This document shows, one piece after another, positions 15,198 through 27,845 of a DNA stretch of 64,000 bases (its first letter is position 1; each line of letters begins with the position of its first letter). The stretch comes from Amoebidium appalachense (Eukaryota; Protista; Ichthyosporea), in the NCBI GenBank assembly GCA_963693365.1, contig CAVNZM010000013.1:5260640-5324639 (forward strand), given 5' to 3'. A program made the position numbers and the translations under genes. The notes under the pieces were generated by a model that made no database searches, was not told the origin of the DNA, and was given only the letters and a program-made list of their open reading frames with translations.

Positions 15198-15421
15198 ACC
15201 CCAACCCCTGCCCCCCCCTCTCCTCCCCCCTCCACACACACACACAGCCCACTCCTACCCGCTCCCCTGTCCCCCCCCCCCCCCCCCCCCCCCCCCCTCC
15301 CCCTCCCCCTCCCCCTCACTCATTCCTCCTTTTTTCCGTTCTTGGCTGTCCCCTCGGTGGATATGTCGAGTTATTTGGTGGAGAGGCACTTTGGGGGAGA
15401 CGGGGAGGGGTGTGTGTGTGT

Positions 15422-15457
<36 letters not shown>

Positions 15458-15784
15458 GGGGGGGGGGGGGGGGACAAAGGGAATGCGATGATGAAGAATT
15501 GCTTTCTTTCATTTGCATCCGGGTTCTCTTTTTCATTTATTTTCTCCCCCCCACCCCCACCCCTCCTCCTGCATCAAGCTGTGTGTATTTAGTTTGTGTG
15601 TGTAAGAGGGGGGGTGGGGGGGAGCAACTTAAACAGAAGCCATAGATAGACATAGGAATTTTTTTTTCCTTAAAAACACAGCGGATCTCGGTGTTCTAGT
15701 CTTCCTGCTCTACTTCATGTGTCTGCCCCTGTATCTGCTTGCGGCTTCATGCAACGAGTCAGCGTATGTATCCCTTTTGACTAA

Positions 15785-15816
<32 letters not shown>

Positions 15817-16584
15817 CCCCCCCCCCAACCCCCAACCCCCAACCCAGCCGCCCTCCTGCTTATGACGCATATTCTTTGTGTGTGCTTTGTTCTTCTCTGT
15901 GTGTTCTTTGTGTATTCTTTGTGTGTGCTCTGCAAGACTTTGATTGTGTTTCCGTCGTCCATGTGTACTTCGTATTCTGGAATACATTCTAACCCACCAA
16001 CCCGGAACCGCCCCCCCCCCTTCCCCCCTCCCTCTTTCCGTGGTTTTGTAAGAAATTTTTCTGCATTTCGCGATGTGTAATATACCCTTATCCCCCTCCC
16101 CATCCCCTTCAACTTTTTCCTTCGCACAAACTAACACGCACAAGCACACACATGCACCAGCCATTATACACAAGCAAGCGGAGATGGGAAGAAGGATGAG
16201 AACAAAGGGACCTGCGTGTTTGTGTGGGTGATTGGTTTGGTGTGTTGAACCATCGGAGGGTGTGTTACGTGCATGTCACGCTTGTGTGTGTGCGTCTGTT
16301 GAGTCCGTGTGTGGGCGAGGGGGTGCGTGTCGTTTTTGGGTGCATGCCTACGGTCGTGTGCCCTTTGCAGACTCCAGGGCTTCATAGGAGCATTTTATCC
16401 TTCTTTGAGATACTAATGCTTTCTTTCCCTTTTTTGTGGTGGTGGGTGCTGGGGGGTGGGTGCGTGTGTGTGAGAGGGGAAGGGGGGGGGGGGGGGGAGG
16501 GGGGAGGGGGGGGGGAAGGGGGAAGTGGGGCCAGAAATGGAGGGGGGAGGGGGGGGGGGGGGGGACAGGTGTGTGTGTGTGGGG

Positions 16585-16623
<39 letters not shown>

Positions 16624-16700
16624 GGCGATGGGAGGGTGGGGATTCATTGTCCACTCCCTCCCCCTACTGCAGACCGGGACATGGTCAGGCTTCATCGTAA
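7919..16700 (+). CDS. Multi-pass membrane protein (~281 aa), plant-type uncharacterised family with YdjM-like putative metal-dependent hydrolase motifs
   Basis: Exons: 7919-7921 (ATG only, then GTAAGC), 9156-9297, 10274-10446, 11788-11946, 12549-12635, 13799-13858, 14554-14665, 15682-15763, 16673-16700 (last exon least certain); all phases fit. Protein MPGPLAHLTYG...NCFFGPDMG...HFVHN...AGGLSHFFLDTVFEMNG...YLWILSTGYW...PAAGEEADLGVLVFL. It resembles, from memory, a land-plant family (MPGPGPH...FFGPD...SHFFLD...WILSTG.W...GEEADLG) and carries the H / PD / H / SH..LD pattern of YdjM-like proteins. Confidence 0.88.
12813..13240 (+). repeat. Three copies of a ~33-bp motif (ttctaccat(t/c)tggctgtcatctctctttttgtg) separated by poly-C-rich blocks; degenerate ~190-bp tandem unit in an intron
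   Basis: Copies begin near 12816, 13012 and 13203. A second sub-motif (tctcttcctctctg) also recurs. Confidence 0.75.
13299..13700 (+). repeat. 19-bp minisatellite (cacctccttgtattcttct and variants), intronic
   Basis: Tandem units are directly visible and degenerate toward the 3' end. Confidence 0.9.
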
Positions 16701-17445
16701 GATTTTGATCGGCCTGTGAACAGGCCTTACCCAATGACGTCATATATGTAAGTGGACGGGTGAGTGACATGTATATGTACGTAATGCTTGCACCACCAAC
16801 CAATTAAATAGCGAATGATTTTTCTTGATAGCCGAATGGAAATGAATATGGGGCACAGTATGAATATGTGGCTTACGCAATAACCATCGGGGATAGAAGA
16901 AAGAAAGAAACAAGGATTGACCTACAATCAATATACAATTACATACATACACGAACTGTGCGGTGCGGCAGTGTTTGGTTTCCTCAAGTGTGCTTAAATC
17001 ACTTCCTTTCCCCCTCTTTCGTCTTTCCAACGACTGACTGTGCACCAACTTAGCAGAAATGTCTCGTTTAAATTAGAATGCTCAGGTTTATTACGCATTT
17101 GAACCGGCTAGTTTTTCCGCGAGCGAATGTCAAATCAATGCTGAGGAACCACTTACGTGTAAACAGACGATTTATTCCTTACAGTGCTACAGACTTTTTG
17201 TAAGGGATAACATTTGAAATTTCGGAATACACCGAGGAAAACCCTTTCGAGTACAAGGTCGTTTTATCGAACCCTCGGTTTTCTATCTAAACTTCCAAAC
17301 TTCTAGCGCTTGGTTGGGAAAGCAAGAATGCATATCCACGTGTAGGCCCCCACACAACACAAAAGCACACACATGCACACACACTCGCGCAAATGCATGC
17401 ACACGCGACACTGTGCGCGCACACACGTGTACACATGCGAAATCG

Positions 17446-17506
<61 letters not shown>

Positions 17507-17925
17507 CACATGCACATGCACACGCACACGCTCACTAAACAGTTTTATACACACACGTGCATGGCAAGCTTGCTAGAGAGAGACCGCTACACAAAGCTCA
17601 CACACTTTACGTGTTCCCCCGTTTTTCCTCTCAACACGTGAATACATGTTTACGTACCACACACACACCAAGTGACGCGTCTCTTATTGGCTGACTCAAA
17701 AGCTTTCTATCCACATATCAATTGCACTTCGTTCTTTGTTGTGGGCGCATGCATGTGTTTGTGTGTTGAACGATGCCTTCATGCGCGCGCACACACACAC
17801 CAATCCATTTTGTCGCTATTGTGCCATGTGCACGTGTTGAAACCTTCGTTTTTTCTTTATTGGCCGCGCCCTCCGTGGCCGGCCAAACGGTCTAACACCC
17901 ACAGGTGTCACCAAATATATCATAA

Positions 17926-18205
17926 TTTTTCGTTTTTCGTTTGGTTTTTCTAGCTATAAAGTGGTTACAAGCATATCCATACATATACAAACAAATTATT
18001 TTTTCGTTTTTCGTTTAGTTCTTCTAGCTTCTAGCTAGAAAGTGGTTACAAGCAAATCCATACATATACAAACAAATCATTTTTTTCGTTTTTCGTTTAG
18101 TTTTTCTAGCTACACAGTGGATATAAGCATATCCATACAAATACAAACATATCATTTTTTTTCTGTTTTCGTTTAGTTTTTCTAGCATATCCATACATAT
18201 ACAAC
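17926..18205. repeat. Degenerate ~70-bp tandem repeat (ttttcgtttttcgtttagtttttctagc...gcatatccatacatatacaaac), about 4 copies
   Basis: Recurring blocks are visible at ~17926, ~18000, ~18080 and ~18160. Confidence 0.8.
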
Positions 18206-18266
18206 CATTGCGAAAGGCAGCCCCAATAAACAGTGTGCATGACGATCGGTGTGTCACACGGTGTGT

Positions 18267-18586
18267 TTGTTCATTATCTAACGTGTGTTTAGGTTGATTT
18301 TTTTGAGATAATAGGTGGGTGCTCGGTTTAAGTTTCGGTTTTTTCTTAGTTTTTTGCATATTGTGTCGTAACAAAAAAGCACGCAAACAAGTCCCTTCCC
18401 CACCTCCAACTCCCGGCCATCCCACACATATGGCGCCGGTGGTTGAATGGCAGGTGGTGAAAAGGAATGCTAAGACTAAACACAAACGACACAATAGGCA
18501 AAAAACCTGAAAAAACGAAACTTAAACCGATCACCCACCTATTATCTGAAAAACGTCAACACAGACAAACGTTAGATAATGCAACA
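18267..18586. repeat. Imperfect ~100-bp inverted repeat (arms 18267-18369 and 18486-18586); MITE-like or hairpin
   Basis: The reverse complement of the left arm (acgacacaatatgcaaaaaa...aaacttaaaccgagcacccacctattatctc...cgttagataatg) aligns with the right arm (acgacacaataggcaaaaaa...aaacttaaaccgatcacccacctattatctg...cgttagataatg). Confidence 0.85.
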
Positions 18587-18649
18587 AGACTACACGGCCT
18601 ACTCACAAGTACACCGACTATCCATTAAACCCAATACTAAAACAAAAAC

Positions 18650-20417
18650 TCAATAATTACCCATTCGAGGAAACATGTTCCCCAAGAATCCTTGCCTGCC
18701 ATCTCTCAATCCAGAACCGCCGCCGAATCCATTCCCTCGATTCTGAAACATCTGCATCGGTGTCACTCTGGGGTACACCGGCACGTTGTAGTGGGGCGGG
18801 GGCGGGGGCGGGTGTGCGGGAACTTGGAGCTGGGCTTGTGCACGTGCGGCCTGAGGGAAACCAGCACTTGCCCTTTCGCTCCCAAACACCCGCTTTTCCC
18901 TTCTTGTGGCCCTATTTGCAGCCCCATGCTGCTGCATCTTCAACTGGGTGGCGCCGTGCGTTGCGTTGCCGTTGTTGTTGGCTTGGGGGTAAGCGCCCAG
19001 AAATAGAACATCGGCTTGCAGAGGAGGGGAAACTGACCGGCGACCAGAGCCCATGCATGACCGGGGTGCTTGGCACGGAAGGCCCCATGCTGACTTCACC
19101 CCCACCGCCCACACTCCACCCGGACGGGGTGTTGTCAAACACGATGTGCTGGCTCGACCCGGTGGTTGCATGGGTGTCGCCCGACCATGTCCTCCCCGTG
19201 CCGTAACCATCAGCAACCGTCGAACTGAAAAGGGTGCCGTTTGCTTGGCCACCAAGAGGACCCGTGAAGGGCGTCGGGTCTAGACCGGCAAGGGGGAACA
19301 AAGGTTGCTGAACGTCCTGCTGTACCTGCAGGTTGCCCAGAAAATCCCATGCTGCCCAGAACTCAGCGCCTTGGGGGCTCCATCTTGTGGAAGAGTTGTG
19401 GGAGGCTGCTGTTGGTGTGGCCCCTCCGGGTGTTCTGGTTCGACTGCTGGTGTCCGGCTGTGACGAACAGGTCCTGCGCCGCAGTCGGAACACTGCCCGA
19501 GAGGGGGTTCTGGAGACCCCCCATGTTCGACTGATTTCCGGCCGCGGGTCCGTGTGAGTGCTGGTTCAAACGGGCCTGTTGCTGGCCTTGGTCTTCACAA
19601 ACTAAACCCTCGCTCAGAACCTCATCGTCAAAAATGGTGATGACCTCGATCGGTGCTTTTGGCGGGGTGGGGGCCGGCGCCCCACAGCCGTTCCTGTTTG
19701 CTGCCCTTCCCACTGCCGTTGCCTTGGTGGCTCGAGGGGCACGTGGCTTTCTGGGCGCCCGCTTGGGTTTCTCTCCCGTTTCCTGCTTGGAGTCGCTTGC
19801 CCTTGCGCGTTTCCGCTTCTGCTCAGTGACCCTGTGCGCCCCCGCGGTGGTCCCGGCATCTCCATGTTTCACCGGAGTGGTTGTTGTCTGTTGCGGGTCC
19901 TCCTCGTGTGGACGTTTCAGCGAACCGACACCAGCATCGCGAGGAAGGTTGAAGTTGCCGGCTTGTGCTTGCACACCCGGTGCTTCGTCAATGCGCTTGC
20001 GCTTCGGCATCTGCGCTGTCTCACCCGCACGTTGTGGCTCCTCCCGGTAGGAGCGCTTCAGCGGGCTCACGGTGACGGGAAGACTGCCGGCTTGTGCTTG
20101 GTTGTTCGTGCAGGCAGCGGGTGGGTTGGGGTTGGAAACGAGCGCCGCCGCCGGTTTGGGGGAAGGGGAAGAGGTGCCACGTAGAATGTGTGTGAAGGTT
20201 GTAGTTGGAGCTCCATCGCCTCATAACTCTCACAGTCAACGGCATGTGTGTCAGAATTGGCAAAAGCTGCAAACCGTTCAGCGTCTGTCACCGGCTCAAA
20301 AGCATAAGCAAGGTACTTGTTTAAAGTGTTCTCCAGAAAACGAAGAAGCTCCTCCGGGGGACGCTTTTTGGGCTGAGCTGTCTGCTGCGGCCCATGAGAA
20401 GCACCGGTACCCTCCAT
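18650..20417 (-). pseudogene. Intronless low-complexity (probably disordered, NLS-like) protein gene interrupted by three single-base frameshifts; pseudogene or homopolymer errors
   Basis: Microsatellite-free, GC-rich 1.77 kb with protein-like segments handing over between frames (track ORFs 20067-20417, 19363-20070, 18912-19493, 18650-19255). One C indel at each of ~20160, ~19375 and ~19028 restores a single frame. Internal repeat QAQAG...LKR..EE.PQ; basic motifs PKRKR and KRKRAR. Confidence 0.6.
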
Positions 20418-20508
20418 TTTGATTGGATAGGTTTGGTGTGTGTGTTTGGGTGTGTGTGTGCTTGTGCGAGTACGTGTCTGGATAAAACTGGCGAGGCTGA
20501 AGTTGTGA

Positions 20509-20525
20509 TTTAACGGTCCGTTAAA
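20509..20525. promoter_or_regulatory. Palindrome TTTAACGG-T-CCGTTAAA (inverted pair of Myb/MSA-type AACGG sites), ~90 bp upstream of the 20417 ATG
   Basis: The palindrome is directly visible; Myb binding is inferred from the known YAACNG consensus. Confidence 0.35.
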
Positions 20526-21524
20526 AATAATGTTCGTCTAAGGAAAAAAATGTTCGTAGCTAAACAGCTAATAAATTCAAGTGTTGAGTAGGGGAAAGTG
20601 AAAAAGAAAGAGAAAATTACTATGCACTAAGAAAAAGTGCAGAGGAAGGTGGAGTTTCTGTGTGATTTGCCCTCGGAGAGAAAGATTTGCTGAGAAAGAG
20701 AGAGAAAGGGTAGACGACCGAACAATGTTCAGCAAACAGGAAGGCTTTCGCGCGCTTTTGTAGTGCGGCACAGCGATTGCATCATCAAAAGAAATAGAGA
20801 AATCCTATTTCATTTCGCACTTTATTCTTGGTATGACTGTGTTGTTCCATCGAAGGTTGACTTTGGACAAAGCGAAATCAATGTCCTACGGCCTCTGGTG
20901 CTGTCTGAATAAAACGTACATGGACAACTCAGTTGAGTAAACGTTAACAGGCTTGGAGTTGTGCAGGGGTAGAGTGTAAGCACACGAGGCAAAGAGAAAG
21001 AGAGAGAAGGGGGGGGGGAGGGGGGGGGGGGAGGGAGAAGCGAGGGAGGGAGAGGAGAGGGTTGCCAAGAGTGTGTGGTTGGGTGGGTGAGAGAGAGAGC
21101 CTGTGCGTGTGCGTGTGTGTGTGTGTGTGTGAGTGCTGGTGTGTGTACGTACCCGTGTGACGAGTGTGTGTGTCTGTGCGGCGTTGTTTGGTTTGAGTCT
21201 TATTGGTATAGCCTGCCCACATATGTATATGCTATATTGTTGTCATATGTGGTTGCAAGGTGTGTGACTGTATATGCTGTCACTGTAAGCCCATGTGCAT
21301 AGGTTGTATGCAGTTGTAGATCGAATACTTCTACATAGGCAAATTTAAATATTGGATGCTTAAAGTCTCTTCGTACATATCTGGAGCAACGGGTCGGTGA
21401 ATTCCATGATCCTTGTTTGTAAGGTTCGAGATAGATGTGCCATGTGATGCACTTCAGTTACATGTAATAAAGGCACTCCTAGACACCTGTCGAATGCAGA
21501 GGCCATTCCCCGGCGGGGATAAAT

Positions 21525-21556
<32 letters not shown>

Positions 21557-21676
21557 CAGGAATGTATCACTACATGCAACATAAAGAGCAATTTGCAGAA
21601 AACGTAGTACGCGAAAAATGCATCAGCTGTAGAGCCCATCCTCGGGGAGGGGAGGGGAGGGGGGAGGGGGGGGGGG

Positions 21677-21714
<38 letters not shown>

Positions 21715-21897
21715 GGCACACGAAAAAAATCCGATCACCAGATGTCCCTCTTATGACATACTTCCTTACTTCCGAAACTGGGTGGCAATAGAGTCATGCA
21801 CCTTGGAGAGCAGTGCTGTGTGTGTGGGCAAGCGTATGTGTAAGTGTGGGCAAGTGTGTGTTTGTGCGCGCGTGTGTGAGCGTGGGTGTATGTTTGT

Positions 21898-21937
<40 letters not shown>

Positions 21938-22750
21938 GCGGGTGCGCGCAACAGCTCACCCATCTTATATCCTCGGCCGATGGGGCGAAATTCTTCCGAT
22001 TGCTGAGCGCCTTTGGTCATTACCAAGCTGCTCCAGTGCCTCCCCATATACTAATACAGTATGTCCAGACTTGTCCATGTGTGGCACATATGCATAGTGA
22101 GTGTCGTAATCTACAGGTGGCCCCATTGGATCCGCGTGTTCGGATCAGACTTTCTTGTATACTAAATGTGAATGGCTTCGGGAAAGGGCAGATGTTAACC
22201 CACCCATACATCTGCCACCTACTGAGATGGCTCCTTATTTTTCCTTACACATTCAGCGAACACTGGACTCTATCGAACCGTCGAGGCGCCGCGACAGAAA
22301 GCATGCACGCGGTCGCGAGAGTGTAAGGAAAAATCGTCTGCAGCGAACGTAAAGTTCATCGCAGCGCGTGCACACCGTCAGTACGTGTGAGCCCATACAT
22401 CCAAAGGATGTCGTTTTTTTGTGGTGTAACATTGTAGAAGACCCGAAAAGTTTGGCGCTGATGAAAAGATGCCATGCGCCCAAGACTAGTCGTATACAGG
22501 TCTATATGTATACACTGTTCCGTCACATACGCACAGCCTTGGCAATGCATTACATTGTAGAGCGACACACGGCAGTACGGGGCCCACAGCCCAAGCTTGC
22601 AAGGACATGTAGTGAAAGACTGAGTGAGAAAAGAAACGACTTTGTTGGGCGTCATTCCTTGAATACTTAGGGTTTATCAGCAGTTTAGTTGTTTTGTGGA
22701 TTTATATTGTGGAGTCTACATTTCTCCTGCTGTACGTATGGATACCACGC

Positions 22751-23148
22751 TAGTAGATAAGTCTGTATGGTGCTCTGGTGTTGATATTGCCTGGGAAGTT
22801 GTGCAGTGGCGTTGTAATTCTTGTTTCCATCGCCGCTGGTGCCACTTTTGTGCTGAACTTTTTCATCGAAAGCATGTTGATAGGTGTGAGTTTTTATGTC
22901 GCGTTTTACCCTTTCCCTACGGGTGTCTGCTACACTGGCTGGCAATGTGAACACTTTTAGGCTTTTTGTTGAATTCTGTTGGTCGTCACATTGAGTATTT
23001 ATATGATTTTCACACAGTGTTCAGGTATCTCAGTATGCACTGGTTACTGGATAACTCGTGAAGTTTTTATTGTCTTCTCAGTATGCCGTGCATACTTGCA
23101 TATCTTTCAGTCGAATAAATCCAGTCAAAAAAAAAAAAAAAAAAAAAA
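22751..23148 (+). repeat. Dispersed ~380-bp repeat, copy 1, ending in AATAAA plus an A-run (retroposed 3' end or segmental duplicate)
   Basis: Aligns end to end, with scattered substitutions, to the reverse complement of 27846-28232. Confidence 0.85.
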
Positions 23149-23320
23149 GGCCCCACACACATGGTGATTGAGTGGGGTCGGTTGCACCCAACATAAGCAT
23201 TTTCAGAATTATGTGTTTTTGTTTTCTGTTATCTCCCAACCCTGATAGGAATCTCGGCAATAAAATATGCATGCCTGCAGGTGAGCTGGCCCCCGTTCTC
23301 TACCATCTCTCTCCCTCTCC

Positions 23321-23351
<31 letters not shown>

Positions 23352-23766
23352 CCCCCCCCCCCCCCTCTCTCTCTTTCTCTCTCCCTCTCTTCTCTCTCTC
23401 TCCCTCGAGCTCCCTCTCTCTCTCTCTTTCTCTCTCCCTCTCTCTCTCTTCTCTCTCTCTCCCCCCCCCTCTCTCTCTATCTCTCTCCCCCCCCCTCCCC
23501 TCCCCCCCCTTGTCTCTCTCTACCCCTCCCCACCATCTCCCCCCCGCCCCCCTCCCTTCCTCAACCCCCTCCCCCCTTCAACCCCATAGTCTCTCTCTTC
23601 TCTCTCCCCTTCTCCCTCCCTCCTGCCCTCCCTCGAGGCTCGCTCGTTTCACCCCCACTCTCCTCCCCCCCCCCCCCCCCTTCTCTGCCCCCCTCTGTCT
23701 CGCTCATTCTCCTCTCTCACTCTCTCACTCTCTCACTCTCTCACTCTCTCACTCTCTCACTCTCTC

Positions 23767-23882
<116 letters not shown>

Positions 23883-23945
23883 CCTCTCTCTCTTCTTTCT
23901 CTCCCTCTTTCTCACTCGCTCTCTCTCTCCCTCTCCCCTCCCCCC

Positions 23946-24044
<99 letters not shown>

Positions 24045-24554
24045 TCTACATCTCTACATCTCTACATCTCCACATCTCCACGTCTCTAGATCCCTAGACT
24101 CTAGGCTAGACCTTTAGATCTCTCGAGACGTCTGTAATGTTCTGACTTCTCTCTTGTTTTGCAATCTGGTTTGTAACAGTTGTCGTTTATGAAAGTGTTG
24201 TACGCTACTGTAGCTAAAGTGTTATAACTTAACCACCTCTCCCCCCCACCCACCCGCCCACCCGCCCACCCGCCCACCCGCCCACACACCCATCCAACCA
24301 AAGAAGGGTTCTGAAACTGCAGCTGGCACACTCGGTGTTGTATTGAATACTTAGTAAACGAGTGGCCGGAGTCATAGCACAGGCTGGTGGGTTGTTATCG
24401 GCTGGTACCCAGAGCCCAGGCAAAACCGTGTGCCAGCTCTGAGTTGGTTCAGCAAATAAATAGATACAGATGCGGCTGCTGGCAGTTGCCCGACCACTTC
24501 TCCCCCCCCCTCCCCCCCCTCCCCCCCCCCCCCTCCCCCCCCCCCTCCCCCCCC

Positions 24555-24585
<31 letters not shown>

Positions 24586-24695
24586 ACACACCACCACAAA
24601 AAAAAAAAAAGAAAAGAAAGAAAGAAAGTAAAAAGATTCCACCTCAACTGCACCATCACAAGTACACGAACTCATATGCACACACTACATGCGCG

Positions 24696-24853
<158 letters not shown>

Positions 24854-24952
24854 CACACCCACATGCGCTTATGTTCGCATGTACACACACAACTAGTACA
24901 CACGTGCGCGCGCACACACACACACACACACAAACACGCAAACACACACACA

Positions 24953-24991
<39 letters not shown>

Positions 24992-25158
24992 ACACAAATC
25001 CATACGCCCGTCACTAGCTGACTTTTGTGTAAAGCTCACGTTTAAACTTTCTGAACAGTTTTCCTTTGTTCCCCCCCCTCCCCTCCCCTCCCGGGGGCAC
25101 CACTTCCACCCTGTCACCTCCTCCCCCTCCCCCTCCTTTTCCCCTTCCCCCTTCCCCC

Positions 25159-25279
<121 letters not shown>

Positions 25280-26262
25280 TCCCCTCAACCAGTCCACATC
25301 CCCCCCCTGCCCCCCTGGTTTCCAACCCCGACAAATGCACCTTCCCCATTAATCAGCTTGTCAAACAGTAATTGCATCGGGTAGCTTTTGCCCTAAACCG
25401 TCTCCAATCCTCACAGTCTCAAGACAAAGCACGGAGAGATGAATAATCACACGCTGAACTTGGCTGCCTTAGACTTTGTAGTCTCAATCGAAAACAATCA
25501 ATCTTCTTTGGATTTGAAATGGAGGGGTGGGGGGGCGGATTGGGGGGAGGGTGGGTGGGGTGGGGGTGGGGGGGGGGGTTAGCCAATTGGATCTTCTTTC
25601 TATCTTTCTTTCTTCCAAATTCTTTCATTCTTTTTTTTGGGGAGGGGGGAGGGGGCGGGAAGGGGAGGGGGGAGGGGGGGGGGGGGGGGAGGGAGGGAAG
25701 GGGGGAATCCAATATGCCACAGGCTTCCCCACGTGCACCACTGTCACAGGGCGTGCATGTTGCATTGCCTGAAACATGGATGCAGGTTCACTCAAACAAT
25801 GATTACCTTTGCCTTTATGCGGTGCAACGCCAACCCCACTTACGAGAGATTGTGTAGTTTTCACACAAAGCAGCACTTAAGGTGCGCCTTAAGAACTGCC
25901 ACCCGTATGTATATATCGTGACCTTGAAGGGCACGTAGGCTACTACAGCGGAACAGCTCACACTCACCGCGGGCGTGGCTCACCGTGAATGTTGGATGAT
26001 TATTATATCTCCTTATCACATACAGGTGTTTATTGGACATAAGTTTAGCAACAGCATACTCAGAGCCCACCACTGCAGCCAGCAAATATAATATCCACTG
26101 CAATTCAGTTCCATGTCAATGATTACCCGACCAAAGTTGGCATATCACGGCAGCCCGAACCCACCTGACACTACTAGTACTTCTGCACCCAACACCTACA
26201 AATATCAACCACCTCTAGGCATATTAACACCTCAAATACTCCGTTTCGAACTTCTGTTTTTT

Positions 26263-26982
26263 CTAGGCCACAGCCAATGGGTTTACATACTCCCTGGTAG
26301 CAGGTTGAAAATCTGGGTTACGGTGAATATGCGGGGCAGACTCCATCGCGTTGTCGATGAGATTTACAGCCGACTGCGCCGAGTTGGCCGCCCTTGCTTT
26401 GTAGGCAATGCCAGCAGCAACAAGGCCAACGACAAGGGCCCCGGCACCAACACCTACACCCACAGCCAGCACATTCACACCACCACTACGGCTACCGCTA
26501 GCCGCCGGCCCGCTGGCAACCGGTTCGGTGATGGAACCAAGAATGCCCTTAGACGGCACCGGAATCGTTCCCTCCGTGTTCTTTCCGCTTTCCTCCTTTT
26601 CACCTTGCTTGTCCCCACTGCTACCATTGTCAGTGCTGTACCCTCCGTCACCACTTCCATTTTCATCATCGCCGCCGTCGTACATGTCGCTGGGTGCAGG
26701 CATGTCCGTTTGGTGAACACACCCACAATCCCCGTCGTGTGCATGATCGTTTTCTTCTTCGAGCTCTTCCTTTGCTTCATCCCTGCGGTGACGTCTACGT
26801 CGCCCTTCTGGGTATAAAGGGGTATTCCCGTTAGGAGTGACCGGAGATACCACCATGATCCCGTTTGAGTACTTGTTGTTGTTTTGGGTTGCATGTGAAG
26901 CACTATAGCTAGTTGCATCTGCGCTTGCGACAAGGACCGCAGAAGCCACCCCAAGCGCTGCTAACTTTATAAACGCAGGCAT
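26263..26982 (-). CDS. Intronless type-I membrane protein (239 aa): signal peptide, polybasic RRRRHRR site, acidic/Gly-Ser-rich ectodomain, TM helix, NPxF/NP-containing tail
   Basis: Clean ORF with aaaATG context. N-terminal MPAFIKLAALGVASAVLVASADA signal; TM VLAVGVGVGAGALVVGLVAAGIAY followed by KAR; tail HRNPDF...YVNPL. CCAAT boxes upstream at ~27170 and ~27429. Confidence 0.85.
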   Translation of the reverse strand: MPAFIKLAALGVASAVLVASADATSYSASHATQNNNKYSNGIMVVSPVTPNGNTPLYPEGRRRRHRRDEAKEELEEENDHAHDGDCGCVHQTDMPAPSDMYDGGDDENGSGDGGYSTDNGSSGDKQGEKEESGKNTEGTIPVPSKGILGSITEPVASGPAASGSRSGGVNVLAVGVGVGAGALVVGLVAAGIAYKARAANSAQSAVNLIDNAMESAPHIHRNPDFQPATREYVNPLAVA

Positions 26983-27845
26983 TTTGTATTTTTCCCTCTC
27001 TTCTGGCCCAAGCCTATTTAGTTAATTGGCCTTCTCGCTCTGTATGTAGAAGTTGAGGTGGGTGGTTGTCGTGCACGTTGAGTGTGTGCTGCGGGAAAAC
27101 GTTGGAGTGAGCTCCCTGCGTACGGCTATTTGAGGCCGCCACCACAGCGGATTGGCAATTATTGCTGGACCAATCAACAGTAGCGGAATCCGATCTCAGA
27201 GGTGGGCAAACAATTGGCTATTGACGGCCAGGGTAGAATGTATGCGTGATGCTAGTTATATTACAACATCTGATTTTAGTAGCCTTTTACATAATCATTT
27301 AATTGGCATACAATGATACATAGGTAGAAGCATGCTGATATAAATAGATACCTGGATCACACAATCGTTAACAATAAGCAACATTGATGTTGATGCATTA
27401 TTTAGTGCTCATAAGCTGTCTGGACCTACCAATCAGAACGCGAGCTAGCTGAGCCTTCTGCTGGCATCCAGCCTGGCGCAGCCCAGTCCGTGATATCATG
27501 ATCTATATACTTGTCACACAGTTACAGAAGGTTTTATATTAAACGAATTGATTATTAGTTTATCGGCTTCCGAATGGCAACGAAACGCATGTACAGATAA
27601 CTTATGGAGCTCTTGCAGAAAGAACTGATTGGTGCAGCGCGCATCCATCGGAATCCTTTGCCGGCCTTACTGAATCGCGGAATAGCTTTATATGGTTATA
27701 GTTATCTCCATAGTTCTTCATCATTTTCGCCGCTCAACGTTCAACTTCAAGATATTAACAATGCTTGCCTTGGATTCGAAAAACCAACAAACGTCACTTA
27801 CTTGCAGTTTTTTGGAAATAAAAAAATAAAAAAATGTAATATTCA

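Noticed and set aside
21940-22750. Possible exons or ORFs in non-repetitive sequence
   Set aside because: No consistent spliced frame or recognisable motif; candidate joins hit early stops.
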